Positions 39,410 to 50,231 of a stretch of 64,000 nt of DNA are shown here, piece by piece. Position 1 is the first letter of the stretch. Every line of letters begins with the position of its first letter. The position numbers and the translations under genes are program-made. The DNA is from Gloeobacterales cyanobacterium (GTDB taxonomy: Bacteria > Cyanobacteriota > Cyanobacteriia > Gloeobacterales > PMM-0068): the NCBI GenBank assembly GCA_038245785.1, contig JBBRSB010000006.1, positions 1 to 64,000 of the forward strand, read 5' to 3'. The notes under the pieces are model-generated. The model was not told the DNA's origin and ran no database searches. It saw nothing but the letters and a program-made list of their open reading frames with translations.

Positions 39410-41332
39410 GTGAAATCATACTTTCATTTAGCAACTCCAGTTAAATTTTTTATACGTATTATTTTGGATCTGGGCCTTATATTTGAGCTTTTAATGAGTA
39501 AACAAATTTTCGAGTCAAAAATGGATAGTACATATAGAGAGAATGACTCTAAATATATCCTCTGGGAGCTGGCTACAGTGCTGGCTATTTGGGTTATTTC
39601 ACTTTTGATGTCTTATTATCCGTATAATCGCGCTCTTGATGAGAGCGATTGGGTGACAGCTCATACATTAATAAGTTTAAGAGCATTAGACAACTGGGGA
39701 TTCTTTCATCTCTTTGGTACGTCAGTGTTAATACCATACAGCTATGAACTGCAAGGAGCGGACCTGACTACGTTCACCAAAGCAGAAGGTATCTATTTAA
39801 GCTATCCATCGCTATGGCTTATATTTCCCTATATGATTTTTAAAATTGTTAGCTTATTTAGTGCCAACTATGAATTAACCCCGGCATTTATCATTACTTA
39901 CAATCTCATTATCAATCGTTTGCTAGGTGGAGTCGTCATATATTTCATCTTGCGATATCTTCTAGACTATTTGTTCAATGATTACTTATTCTACAAAAAA
40001 CTCAGTGTCTTAGGGAGGCGCATCCTGGCAATAATAGGGTTAGCAGGCTGGATGCTTCCTGCCTCTGCGATGGTTAACACACAGAACTTGTATTTTTCGG
40101 ATCAAGCTGTGCTACTACCTATATATTGCCTGTTCCTCTTTACGCTCAAACACAAGTTTGATTTTTGGAATTTTCGCTGGCTAGACCGATTAATTTTAGG
40201 TATTCTTTCGCTAATATCAGTTGGGATGGACTGGTATGGCTTGGTATTTGTGGCTGTACTCTTTGTAAGTGTGACAGTCCCTATGTATTCTAATCATAGT
40301 GATGAATCCAGAAAAGAGATCTTTCGTAAGATTGCTCTGAATATAGCGATGCCCTTGGCTTGTGGTACAGCAATTGCGTTGATTTTTTTCCTCTGTCAGC
40401 TCATATATTTTGACGATGGATTCAAACAAATTATTGAAATTTTTACTCTTCGCACAAGCGAGAGACAAGAGACCACAAGAAGCACGCTCAGTTACCTTGA
40501 GATCTATTCAGGGATTATTGATCACTGGAAAGGGTATTTACCCAAAGTATTTAGGGGTGCCCTGTTTGGGCTGCAAAAATTTCTCCATATACCAGGAGCT
40601 GCGACAACGCTCCTGCTCGTTTTTGCACCAGTTTTAGCTTGGCTGTCTACCTCTAATGCCCGTAGAAACCCAAAAAACTTTGCTGTTCTCAGCCTCCTCT
40701 ATCTTGCTCCATGTATTCAGTTGCTCCTGCTTAAGCAGCATTCCTATGTACATGGATTTTCCGCATTTAAGATGGCCCTTCCAATAGCATTTTCCACCTG
40801 TGTGTTACCAGTAGCCTATGTGATTTCCGCAGCTGGGCGTCTTGATTGGATGCCTAGCTCTTTTAGACGAGCCACCGTTGTCATACTGATTTCTGCCTAT
40901 TTCCTTCCATTCGTACTCAAATTTCCTTCGAGTGACTATCTTGCATTTTCTGACAATAGCGAATCTTTATTTAAAGAGATAGGTGTATTTGTTCATCGAG
41001 AGCTGCCCTCCAAAGCAATAATCTTTTCAAATAGCTTGAAAACTAGTTTAGAGAATAGTGTGCCTTTGCAGCCGCATCTCCTGTGGTACACCGATAGATT
41101 TGTGTATTCACCAAAAGCTTTTGCTTCTGAAAAGTCCAAACTCCAAAAAGGCAGAGTTGATGGAACTGAATTTATATTTATTGATTATGAGAAGACTGTT
41201 CGGGAGAACAAAATAGAGCCAAATGTAACTAAAGCATGTGAGCGCAAATGGTTTAGCTATAGCACAACGATTGAAGGCCGAAGGATTGCAGGTTGTAACG
41301 CTCGAGAATTAAAATTGATTCTAACAAGTTAA
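39410..41332 (+). CDS. Polytopic membrane protein, probable GT-C-fold glycosyltransferase (start uncertain)
   Basis: About 11-13 TM helices, acidic DESD loop after TM1, YLSYP, HSYVH, soluble C-terminal tail; follows the GtrA fusion. Confidence 0.65.
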   Translation: MKSYFHLATPVKFFIRIILDLGLIFELLMSKQIFESKMDSTYRENDSKYILWELATVLAIWVISLLMSYYPYNRALDESDWVTAHTLISLRALDNWGFFHLFGTSVLIPYSYELQGADLTTFTKAEGIYLSYPSLWLIFPYMIFKIVSLFSANYELTPAFIITYNLIINRLLGGVVIYFILRYLLDYLFNDYLFYKKLSVLGRRILAIIGLAGWMLPASAMVNTQNLYFSDQAVLLPIYCLFLFTLKHKFDFWNFRWLDRLILGILSLISVGMDWYGLVFVAVLFVSVTVPMYSNHSDESRKEIFRKIALNIAMPLACGTAIALIFFLCQLIYFDDGFKQIIEIFTLRTSERQETTRSTLSYLEIYSGIIDHWKGYLPKVFRGALFGLQKFLHIPGAATTLLLVFAPVLAWLSTSNARRNPKNFAVLSLLYLAPCIQLLLLKQHSYVHGFSAFKMALPIAFSTCVLPVAYVISAAGRLDWMPSSFRRATVVILISAYFLPFVLKFPSSDYLAFSDNSESLFKEIGVFVHRELPSKAIIFSNSLKTSLENSVPLQPHLLWYTDRFVYSPKAFASEKSKLQKGRVDGTEFIFIDYEKTVRENKIEPNVTKACERKWFSYSTTIEGRRIAGCNARELKLILTS

Positions 41333-41533
41333 AGATCATATATGAGCCTGTCTGTTTCCAGGAAAACCACGACAGAATTTTGTCATTTAAGCAGGGAAAT
41401 TGTGTCTGGAGTTTAAAAGCAACCAATAATACCCAAAAGATTCTCGTTCACCTGGTAAAATTCACAAGTGAGTTAATAGTTCGTATCGAGAATGTGAACG
41501 CTACCCCCGTCTTCTTTTAAAGGACCTACAGCT

Positions 41534-42310
41534 ATGCCCTTAACAAAAAAGTTGCTTGCAGAATTTATAGGAACTTTCTGGCTCGTTTTTGGTGGTTGTG
41601 GCAGTGCTGTTTTGGCGGCGAAATTCACCAGCGGTTTGCCTGCTTTAAGTAAAGACGTTCTCTTTCCCTCAGGAATCGGTCTTTTAGGGGTTTCAATCGC
41701 TTTTGGTTTAACCGTATTAACAGGTGTTTATGCGTTTGGACCTATTTCGGGGGGGCATTTCAACCCAGCAGTTTCTTTAGGTCTCTGGGCCTGTAAACGC
41801 TTCCCAGGATCTGAACTACTGCCCTATATTTTTGCTCAAGTACTAGGCGGCATTTTGGGCTCTGGCATTCTTTATATCATTGCAAGCGGCAAAGCTGGAT
41901 TTGCAACGGAAGTACCATTTATGTTTGATCCATCTGTGGCAGGGGCTTTTGCTACCAATGGCTTTGGCGACCATTCTCCCAATGGCTACAGCTTGCGTTC
42001 TTGCTTCTTAATTGAGTTTATCCTGACCTTCATTTTCTTGATAGTTACACTGGGAGTAACGGATCGGCGTGCTCCATCTAGCTTTGGGGGTGTCGCGATA
42101 GGATTGGCGTTTACCTTGATTCACTTGATCAGTATTCCAGTTACTAATACTTCAGTAAACCCTGCTCGGAGTCTTGCCCCCGCGTTGTTTGTTGGGGGTA
42201 CTCCTCTCTCACAGGTATGGCTCTTCTGGTTAGCGCCCAGCTTAGGTGCGTTGGTAGCAGGTTTCTTATATTACAAATTCTTTGAGCCTTCTCACTCAGA
42301 TGTTTTGTAA
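41534..42310 (+). CDS. aqpZ: Aquaporin Z
   Basis: [37 protein letters not shown]. Confidence 0.96.
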   Translation: MPLTKKLLAEFIGTFWLVFGGCGSAVLAAKFTSGLPALSKDVLFPSGIGLLGVSIAFGLTVLTGVYAFGPISGGHFNPAVSLGLWACKRFPGSELLPYIFAQVLGGILGSGILYIIASGKAGFATEVPFMFDPSVAGAFATNGFGDHSPNGYSLRSCFLIEFILTFIFLIVTLGVTDRRAPSSFGGVAIGLAFTLIHLISIPVTNTSVNPARSLAPALFVGGTPLSQVWLFWLAPSLGALVAGFLYYKFFEPSHSDVL

Positions 42311-43221
42311 TAAGTTGCAGGTATTCACTAGTCAGTTTAAAGATTTCAAATCAACTGTAATGGAGTGCTGGGAGTGTAACAGATGCTCATAGAGGATTCA
42401 ATGAGCTGTTGATTCACAGCTTCAAGTACTCTTCGATGCCACAACATTCCTTCGAGCAGCTCAAGGAACTCTTTTTATCAAACATTCAAACAGTTGCTAA
42501 CACCATATGCTACGGCTGTCACATAAGTATAATCAAACATTCCTTCTTTAAGCAAAGAATTATGCAGATAAGTCTTAACGGTTCTCAGGTCATCTTTCGT
42601 CGCACACTAATTTTATTAGTAATCTGGCGATAGTATTGGTCTATTAACTCAATACAGGTCGATCACTAGATTACGGCTGACAAAGCTTAAAAATTGTGAT
42701 TGTCTGGTAATGATTCCAGCTCTTAGCGAAAGCAATCCATAATCACGTCAATGAATCTGGCCACTTCAAAACTCTGACTCTCTTTAGTCTTCCAAGTCTC
42801 AATCCAGTTAGACTAGCTATTCGTCAAGATAAGAATTGCTAACAGTCAGGCTGGTGAGTTACGCTAAAAAAATCTCTACGAGAGTTACTTCAAAATAGAG
42901 AGGTCAGCATGCAAAACAATAGGATAAACAATACACTTAGAGTAGTAGTAATGTTCCTCTTAGTATGAGGAAGTTGGCTAACTTTTCTCGCCAGCTTTAA
43001 AATAGCTGACTTACGGTTTCTTGATACTCTATAGGCCTAAGCTTGTGCCGTTGAGAATGAAAATGTCCTCGTATCGGTTCAAAAGCATAGACAGAGCCTT
43101 GGAACTGTCCTGAAAACAGGGAGTCCACTTTACCAAAGTTCAAGCCTTCGACTGCAACCTATCCTAAACCAGGATGCGAAAGGTCAATCATCTCTTAATA
43201 CCAATGAGTGAAGGAGTGTGA

Positions 43222-44409
43222 TTATTTTTGCAACTTCTTTGAAGAACTCATTGTTATGGCAGCATCAGATCCAGTTAATTGCTCAGGATGAAGTAGTTGT
43301 TTATAGGTCGCAAGAGTTTGCTCTGTAATCTGACCCCAATCATGTTTAAAATTTACATATCGTTTGGCATTTTGGGCCATTATCCTTAAGTTTTCAGGAT
43401 GGCCTATAGCCCAATCCAGCTTTCGAATACAGGATTCAAGGTTACCTGCTTTAAAGAGTAGGCCCCGATCATTACTTAGGAGTTGTTGATGGACCGGAAT
43501 GTCACTGGCCAAAACGGGAATACCCTCCTGCATAGCTTCTAACATAGCTAAGGGCAATCCTTCTAAATCTGAGGGCAAGACAAATAATCCAGCACCCCTA
43601 ATAATTTCTGCTAATCGAGAGCCGATTAGCTGGCCAGTAAAGACTACATTAGGGTTCCCTTGAGCTAAACCAATAGCCTGGGTCGTAAAAGCATCGGTAT
43701 CACTGGAACCTCCAATAATAACAAGTTTCCATCCCTGTGGAACCAGAGCTTGAAAAGCTTGAATGAGTAAATCGGGTCTTTTCTCAGGAACTAATCTACC
43801 AAGAAAAATAATATAGCGTCCGGGTTCGATCCCCAATGAAGCTCCGAAAGAAAAATCAGGGTCTGATTCATCCAACGCTCCAGGAGCATTTGGAATATAG
43901 ATAGACTCACGGTTATAGGTTGCTCGAAAGTAAGATCGGAGTTCTTCAGACACAACAATCAATCTATCAGCGTAGCGTATGGCAGAACTTTCTCCCATAC
44001 GTAATAAACGACCAGAAAATTTCCCCCACTTCGCCCGTTGCCAATCTAAACCATGGCAGGTAACTAAAACTTTTGCAGTAGAAGCTAATTTGGGAATCCA
44101 ACAAAACAGAGCTGGGCCAACAGCATGAAAATGTACAATGTCATATTGGGTACCAATAGTAGACATTGCGGCAAGAGAGCAACTTACGAGAGCTTCCAAC
44201 CCTCCATCCGAGGGAGTTGGGATGGAAATCACGTTGACACCTCGAACACGGTACGGCCCCGAATTGCGAAACTGTGAATAAGACTGTCGCGCAAAGAGGT
44301 CTACAGAGTGGCCCTGGGCAACCATCCTTGGATAAAGTTCCTCACAATGGCGCTCGATACCTCCCTGCTTGGCAGGAAGACCTTTTGCACCAATTACGGC
44401 AATTTTCAT
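43222..44409 (-). CDS. Glycosyltransferase family 4
   Basis: GAKGLPAKQGGIE, FLGRLVPEK, PSDLEGLPLAMLEAM. Confidence 0.93.
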   Translation of the reverse strand: MKIAVIGAKGLPAKQGGIERHCEELYPRMVAQGHSVDLFARQSYSQFRNSGPYRVRGVNVISIPTPSDGGLEALVSCSLAAMSTIGTQYDIVHFHAVGPALFCWIPKLASTAKVLVTCHGLDWQRAKWGKFSGRLLRMGESSAIRYADRLIVVSEELRSYFRATYNRESIYIPNAPGALDESDPDFSFGASLGIEPGRYIIFLGRLVPEKRPDLLIQAFQALVPQGWKLVIIGGSSDTDAFTTQAIGLAQGNPNVVFTGQLIGSRLAEIIRGAGLFVLPSDLEGLPLAMLEAMQEGIPVLASDIPVHQQLLSNDRGLLFKAGNLESCIRKLDWAIGHPENLRIMAQNAKRYVNFKHDWGQITEQTLATYKQLLHPEQLTGSDAAITMSSSKKLQK

Positions 44410-44443
44410 AGATAGAAGTTTCGGGGAGGTGATTAGGTGGAGA

Positions 44444-45664
44444 TCAAACGTGACTATATCGTGAGGAGATACGGGACTCCCAGCGCTGCATCATGTGGCT
44501 GTAGACCTCATGTACAACGGACTGGGCGTTGAAAGGCTCACTGGAACGAAGGCAAGCTTCTACCGGATAAGCTTCAGGTTGTGCCAAGATCTGATTTAGC
44601 GCTGCTGCAACTGATTCTGGGGTGGACTCTTCGCAGACTAGACCGCTGCCTGGACGGAGAAGTTTTGGGGTTTCTCCTGCACGAGTAGTTACTACAGGTG
44701 TTCCACAGGCAAGAGCTTCCAAAGCGACCAAAGGTAACCCCTCATAAGCACTCGTGAGGACGAAAATACTGCAAAGGCGTTGCAGGTATGCTACCTCCAC
44801 TTGGGGAATGGCGCCAAGCATCGTAACCCTGGACGCAATTCCTAGACGGCCAACCTCGGCTCGCACTGCTTCACCTAAATCCCCTTCCCCCACAATTAAG
44901 AGATGGACATTGGAAACATTTAGTCTCGCTATCGATTGAACCAACAATAGAGGATCTTTCTGAGCATGCAGGCGTCCCGCAAACAGAATGAACCGAGTCT
45001 CTTCTGATAATCCTAATTTTTTGGTAAGGGCGATCCTATTTGCTACCCGTTCATGGGGAGAAAAAGGAAAGAAAACTTCCTCATCCACAGTATTGCGAAG
45101 ATAGCGCACTCGTTCACTGATAGAGGGATATTGCTGTCGATAAAATTCAGCCGAAGATGTATTACAAGAAAGAATCTCAGTAAACTGGTTCATAACTATA
45201 CGCTCTAGAGCAAAGTAGACTGAAGGGATTCGTCGCCAAAGAATAGCTTTGTTATTATCTCTAGAGTCCATTTGTTTTTGAATATCATTGTGGATAAATA
45301 GAGTTTTATCTGCTGTCCAAGAACGGCTTGCTATCGTTGGTTCTAGTCGATGAAAATGCATAAAGTCAGAAGTAAACTTCTTGCCCATAAGAGCAGCAGT
45401 GTATTTGACAGTGATAGGCACAAAGCTTTTAAAATTATCGTTCTCTTGTACAAATAGAGGAAGGAAGCGAAGAGCTCTTCCACACAGCTCTTCCTCTCGC
45501 CAAATTCCTATAGATTGTTGAAGCTCATCTTCTACACCTACAAGCTGGATGTCAAATGTCTCTGGAGCATATTTGACAAATGAGCGAATGGTCGTTTGGA
45601 TTCCTCCAAGACTCCTACTCCAGGGATCAAACTGGTAAAAAATGGTTAAGACAGGTTTACGCAT
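44444..45664 (-). CDS. Glycosyltransferase family 4
   Basis: FAGRLHAQKD, TSAYEGLPLVALEALACG. Confidence 0.93.
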   Translation of the reverse strand: MRKPVLTIFYQFDPWSRSLGGIQTTIRSFVKYAPETFDIQLVGVEDELQQSIGIWREEELCGRALRFLPLFVQENDNFKSFVPITVKYTAALMGKKFTSDFMHFHRLEPTIASRSWTADKTLFIHNDIQKQMDSRDNNKAILWRRIPSVYFALERIVMNQFTEILSCNTSSAEFYRQQYPSISERVRYLRNTVDEEVFFPFSPHERVANRIALTKKLGLSEETRFILFAGRLHAQKDPLLLVQSIARLNVSNVHLLIVGEGDLGEAVRAEVGRLGIASRVTMLGAIPQVEVAYLQRLCSIFVLTSAYEGLPLVALEALACGTPVVTTRAGETPKLLRPGSGLVCEESTPESVAAALNQILAQPEAYPVEACLRSSEPFNAQSVVHEVYSHMMQRWESRISSRYSHV

Positions 45665-45981
45665 AACGCTCTATTTAAAAACCTAACGATAGATAGTTTT
45701 ATTCATAAAGCTGAACATCGATAAGTTTAAAAAAACATTTATAGAATATCAGCAATCAAACGTGATACTTGTTCTTCATCTCTATGATAAGTACTAAACC
45801 ACGCAAAAGATATTGTAGGAAATACTGTCCTTTTATCCTCTTTATTTTTAATGTGAAAGAGTACTGCATGTGTTCTATTGTTGCTGACCACTTTCATAAT
45901 TTTAGGAGAGGCCGCTGAATAGAAGTTAATATGCGATTTAAGTTCTGCTGCGCTGAAATTATCTGCTGTACAAATTCTTGT

Positions 45982-47814
45982 TTAGACAGTTGGCATCGCT
46001 TGGAGGTTGTGGAAAGACCAGTAAGAACCTCTCTTCTCCAATAATTCTTGATGCCCGCCCGACTCAACAACTCGGCCCTTATCTAAAACGACAATGCGGT
46101 CCGCATTTCGGATAGTGGAAAGTCGATGGGCGATTACAATAACTGTCCGGTTTTGGCGCAGGCGCTCAATGGCGTCTTGGACTAGATGTTCTGACTGAGA
46201 ATCTAAAGCGCTGGTTGCTTCGTCCAGAATAAGAATCTCCGGGTCCCGCAGAATAGCCCGTGCAATGGAAACTCTTTGCCGCTGTCCTCCAGACAGTTGA
46301 ACGCCTCGGTCTCCAACCCTGGTATTGTATCCGTTAGGAAGAGTGCTAATGAACTCATGGGCATTGGCAAGGCGGGCTGCTTCGATGACATTTTCGTCGC
46401 TGACATCTTCTAAGCCATAGGCGATGTTGTCCCGAATTGAGTTATTAAAGATATATGTGTCCTGACTGACAACACCTATGTGATGTCGAAGAGAGGCAAG
46501 CTCAAAGTTACGTATATCTTGACCATCTATCTCAATAATTCCACTGGAAATGTCATAGAGTCGGGGAATTAGAGAAGCCAAGGTGGATTTCCCTGCCCCC
46601 GAAGAACCGACTAAAGCAACAGTTTTTCCTTTGGGTATTTCCAAATTAAACCCTCGCAGTACCTCGTCCTTGCCATTGTAGGAAAAGCAAACATCATAAA
46701 GTGCTATTCCTTTCTTAAGACCAGTAAATGGGACATTTCCACTGACGACAGCATACTTATCCTCTAGCTCAAGCCCCTCAGCAATTTTGTCCAAAGTGGC
46801 AAGATTCTCCTGGATATAGCCTCTACTGGCATTAATTTTCTTTGTAACAGGGATGAGTCTGATCAGTGCGAACATAAAGATCAGTAGCTGTGAAGGAGAT
46901 AGAAAGCCATTAGAAATTAGTAATGCATAGCTTGATACTAAAATCACCATTGCCATAACCAGGGTTGACCATTCAGTAACAGGATCGATTAAGTTTTGCT
47001 GCCGTTTTATTTGATTGGCTAACTTCTCCACTCTACGGCACATGACTCTGAAATTTCCTGATTCAAAGGCTTCAGCTCCGTATGTCTTAACGATCCGTAT
47101 TCCACTAAGGGTATCTAGAACCTGTACACTCATTTGCTGGTTTGCTTCGAGAAAGTCGTAGCCTGCGCTCTTAATGCTCTGCAATAAGTAGGTTAATCCT
47201 AAACCCACAAGCCCTATCATAACCACGATGATCAAGGTTAATTTCCAAGAGACAATCAAGAGGGTCATTAAATAGGCCAAGAGAGTCAAAATTGTTGTTA
47301 TTCCTGAGAAAAGGAAAGATAACATAACACTAAAATTATTGGTTTCATTCAACATAGTGCTAGTTATCTTCCCCAATTGAGCACTATCAAAGAATCGAAT
47401 AGGCGTATTTAGATAAGTTTGGTATAGACGCTCTCGTAGGTTTGCAATATATGACTCCTGATAAAGCGTAGTGAGCCACTGAGCCATATAGAATAAGTAC
47501 GCCTTTAGGGTAAGAGACGCAACCAGTGTAAAGGCGAAGAGCCCAATAAGTACCACGTTGTCTTGCTGATTTAGCCAGAGATTCAAGCCTTCTGTCAACG
47601 CCATTGCAGGAAGTTGGGGCTTTCCCTCATTGATCAGAACTTTCACAAAAGGGATCATTAAACCAATACCCACACCATCGAGGAGCGATGCAACCAGTGT
47701 CAGCGTGAGACCAATGTAGAGTGTATTCCGTGGGACTCTTTCTGCCACTTCGAGGAGTTTGTCTATGTTTCCAAAGTATTTTTTCAGCAGCGATCTAATT
47801 ATGGAGCCAATCAC
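45982..47814 (-). CDS. HepA/MsbA-like ABC exporter (fused TMD + NBD)
   Basis: GSSGAGKST, LSGGQRQR, ILDEATSALD; six N-terminal TM helices; polysaccharide-cluster context. Confidence 0.9.
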   Translation of the reverse strand: MIGSIIRSLLKKYFGNIDKLLEVAERVPRNTLYIGLTLTLVASLLDGVGIGLMIPFVKVLINEGKPQLPAMALTEGLNLWLNQQDNVVLIGLFAFTLVASLTLKAYLFYMAQWLTTLYQESYIANLRERLYQTYLNTPIRFFDSAQLGKITSTMLNETNNFSVMLSFLFSGITTILTLLAYLMTLLIVSWKLTLIIVVMIGLVGLGLTYLLQSIKSAGYDFLEANQQMSVQVLDTLSGIRIVKTYGAEAFESGNFRVMCRRVEKLANQIKRQQNLIDPVTEWSTLVMAMVILVSSYALLISNGFLSPSQLLIFMFALIRLIPVTKKINASRGYIQENLATLDKIAEGLELEDKYAVVSGNVPFTGLKKGIALYDVCFSYNGKDEVLRGFNLEIPKGKTVALVGSSGAGKSTLASLIPRLYDISSGIIEIDGQDIRNFELASLRHHIGVVSQDTYIFNNSIRDNIAYGLEDVSDENVIEAARLANAHEFISTLPNGYNTRVGDRGVQLSGGQRQRVSIARAILRDPEILILDEATSALDSQSEHLVQDAIERLRQNRTVIVIAHRLSTIRNADRIVVLDKGRVVESGGHQELLEKRGSYWSFHNLQAMPTV

Positions 47815-47823
47815 AAATAACCT

Positions 47824-48909
47824 CTATGAATGAAATGAGCCAAACCAGATTTGGGAAAAGTATCCCCATTGCCAAGAAAGAGTGAGTTTAATCTGATCTA
47901 GAAGTCTGATTTGTTTTTGGCCTTTTAGCGAAAAGCGAATCGGAGAGACAAGTGTATATAAATTGAGTGTGCATTTAAGTAAATTCCAGACGCTACTCAA
48001 TCGCTGGCGCAGGAGAGATTTACCAATTATGGTATCAACTAGAGCAACCGAACGCCCCTGCCAGTAGCCGCGTTGGATCAACCAGTTAGGATTAATTCGT
48101 TCTTTTGGAACCCAGTGGTGCACCCAAGCTTGGGGACTGTAGTAAAACTTCTCTCCTTGAGATGTTAAGGTCACATTCAGCAGAGTCTCTTCACCAGATA
48201 GTAAGCTTTGGCCTTTACGTCCTAACTGCTCATGAAATCCTCCAGCTCTTTCCAGTGCATCCCGTCGATAAACTACATTAGCCCCCCAAGGGCATTCATT
48301 AGGCCCAAACCAGCGTGGAGTATTACCAGCATATAGGGTAGTGAAAAGAGTCTCCGTAGAAGAGTTGATCCAGTCGGGCTTAGGAATTTCCCAGAGCGGA
48401 TAGATGGGACCACCTACCCCAACCGGTTTGGGCCGCACCGTTTCAAAAACGTCTAAGATCGATTTAACCCATTCCTCACAAGGAATCGCATCATCATCCA
48501 GATAGGCAATGTAGGCACTTTGGGTTGCTTTCCATCCTGAGTTGCGGGCTTTTGATAGGCCCTGTACAGGCTCATATATATATCGAAAGTTTACTAACTT
48601 CTCCTTATAGTGTTCACAGATGGCGAGCGTATTATCCGTCGAGCGGTTATCCACCACCAGAATCTCGAAATTAGAAGTCGGCATAGTCTGTTTACTCATT
48701 GCCTTTAAAGTAAGGCTCAGACGATCAGCCCGATTATAAGTGCAGATCACAACTGAAATGATCGGGGGCTGGTTTGCATTAGTAACGTATTCTGGAAAGA
48801 CTTGATGTTCCACTTCAATAGACTCCAGCTCGAATCCGATTGTAAACACGCAAACAGAGGGCCCAGACGGATGGGAAAGAATGTACTCTTTGTACACATT
48901 GATATTCAC
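47824..48909 (-). CDS. Glycosyltransferase family 2 (likely start GTG at 48813)
   Basis: ISVVICTYNR, VVDNRSTD, GLSKARN, YLDDDA. Confidence 0.92.
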   Translation of the reverse strand: MNINVYKEYILSHPSGPSVCVFTIGFELESIEVEHQVFPEYVTNANQPPIISVVICTYNRADRLSLTLKAMSKQTMPTSNFEILVVDNRSTDNTLAICEHYKEKLVNFRYIYEPVQGLSKARNSGWKATQSAYIAYLDDDAIPCEEWVKSILDVFETVRPKPVGVGGPIYPLWEIPKPDWINSSTETLFTTLYAGNTPRWFGPNECPWGANVVYRRDALERAGGFHEQLGRKGQSLLSGEETLLNVTLTSQGEKFYYSPQAWVHHWVPKERINPNWLIQRGYWQGRSVALVDTIIGKSLLRQRLSSVWNLLKCTLNLYTLVSPIRFSLKGQKQIRLLDQIKLTLSWQWGYFSQIWFGSFHS

Positions 48910-49050
48910 TTTCTATCAAGGAGTTATCCTCTCATGGTGTCGAGTACTTAGATAAATACAAGCTTGTGGGCTCAGTCAGTAGCGATATTAAACTCAAAGT
49001 TAGGCCCGTTTAGATAGATATCTACAAGCTAAAAGCTAAGCCTTAAGACT

Positions 49051-50073
49051 TCATACGAAAGTTTCTTCAATAGTTGTCTGTATCGATTGGGCCACAGATT
49101 GCTTGTACCCTTTCCACCATAACTGTATCTTTTCAGATGTATTTTCTATATCTATTGAACTTGTCAGCCTACCCAAATCTTTCCAATTATAGATTAGAGG
49201 ACATGGAAAATCCTTAGAAAAGGCTTTTTCCCAATATCGATAATTTCTTAGCCAGATTTTTTGATCTCGAATTCCATACTTAACTATGTGGTAAGGATTA
49301 AAAAATGCGGATAAAGCTTCACGAACACCTTTGGCTTCTACGATTGGAATAGTACCAGCTTCCAAGGATTCATAAATTCGGAAACAATCGACTGAAAAGT
49401 TGCCTATGGGACATGGAGAAAACACAGTGTTACTTAACAGAGCAGCATATTCTTTTGTAGTTAGCCCGTTTGGATCATTCCATTGATTAGTTACATGATA
49501 TCTTCCTCCTGGAATGCATTTAGCATGCTCTATCATTTCATATCTTGATCCCTTTAGCTGACCTGCAAAAGACCATAAATATTCTCTTTCACTAATTTTT
49601 CTAGGAACTAATCCATTACAAAAACCAGAGCTATAACCTAATGGAAGATAGTAGCATCTTTGATACTTTTTGTGAGCTTCTTCCCTGTAATAAGCTCTAA
49701 AAATAAAATCAAGGTCTTTATAAAAGCTTGTAAACTCTTTATAAAGTTCATCTCCCAAATGAAATAAACCTATCCTCCTACCTTCATTTTGGTAACGCCC
49801 AATATAGTTATGGAATTGCTGAAGTGCGTTATCATATTCCTTGCGTGAGCCATTTTTTGTAAAAAATATCTGGCTTAGATTTGCGACGATAACTGCATTC
49901 TCAAACAAAACTTTGCTCTCCGAATCAACGACATGATTTACCTTAAAATCAGACAGTAACGAATTGAGCCAATCATACTCATAAGATGAGTGTGGATCGA
50001 GTTGCCACCAAATCAGATTAATAGTTTTTATCATACTTGCACTCAAGTCGTTGGCTGTCTGGGTAATCTTCAC
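49051..50073 (-). CDS. Exostosin (GT47)-like glycosyltransferase
   Basis: WSFAGQ, FSPCPIGN...DCFRIYESLEAGTIPI. Confidence 0.75.
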   Translation of the reverse strand: MKITQTANDLSASMIKTINLIWWQLDPHSSYEYDWLNSLLSDFKVNHVVDSESKVLFENAVIVANLSQIFFTKNGSRKEYDNALQQFHNYIGRYQNEGRRIGLFHLGDELYKEFTSFYKDLDFIFRAYYREEAHKKYQRCYYLPLGYSSGFCNGLVPRKISEREYLWSFAGQLKGSRYEMIEHAKCIPGGRYHVTNQWNDPNGLTTKEYAALLSNTVFSPCPIGNFSVDCFRIYESLEAGTIPIVEAKGVREALSAFFNPYHIVKYGIRDQKIWLRNYRYWEKAFSKDFPCPLIYNWKDLGRLTSSIDIENTSEKIQLWWKGYKQSVAQSIQTTIEETFV

Positions 50074-50231
50074 AGGGTAGACACATCTAAATTATTTCAC
50101 GACGGAAGAAATAAGAGTTGAAGACTTTTAGAGACAGCATAATTATCAATAAGGTGCTTTTAGTTAAGAACTTTTTAAGAAAGGTTACGAAAAGTGCCTT
50201 TGCTGATAAGGTGCTCTTGCCTTAATGATCT

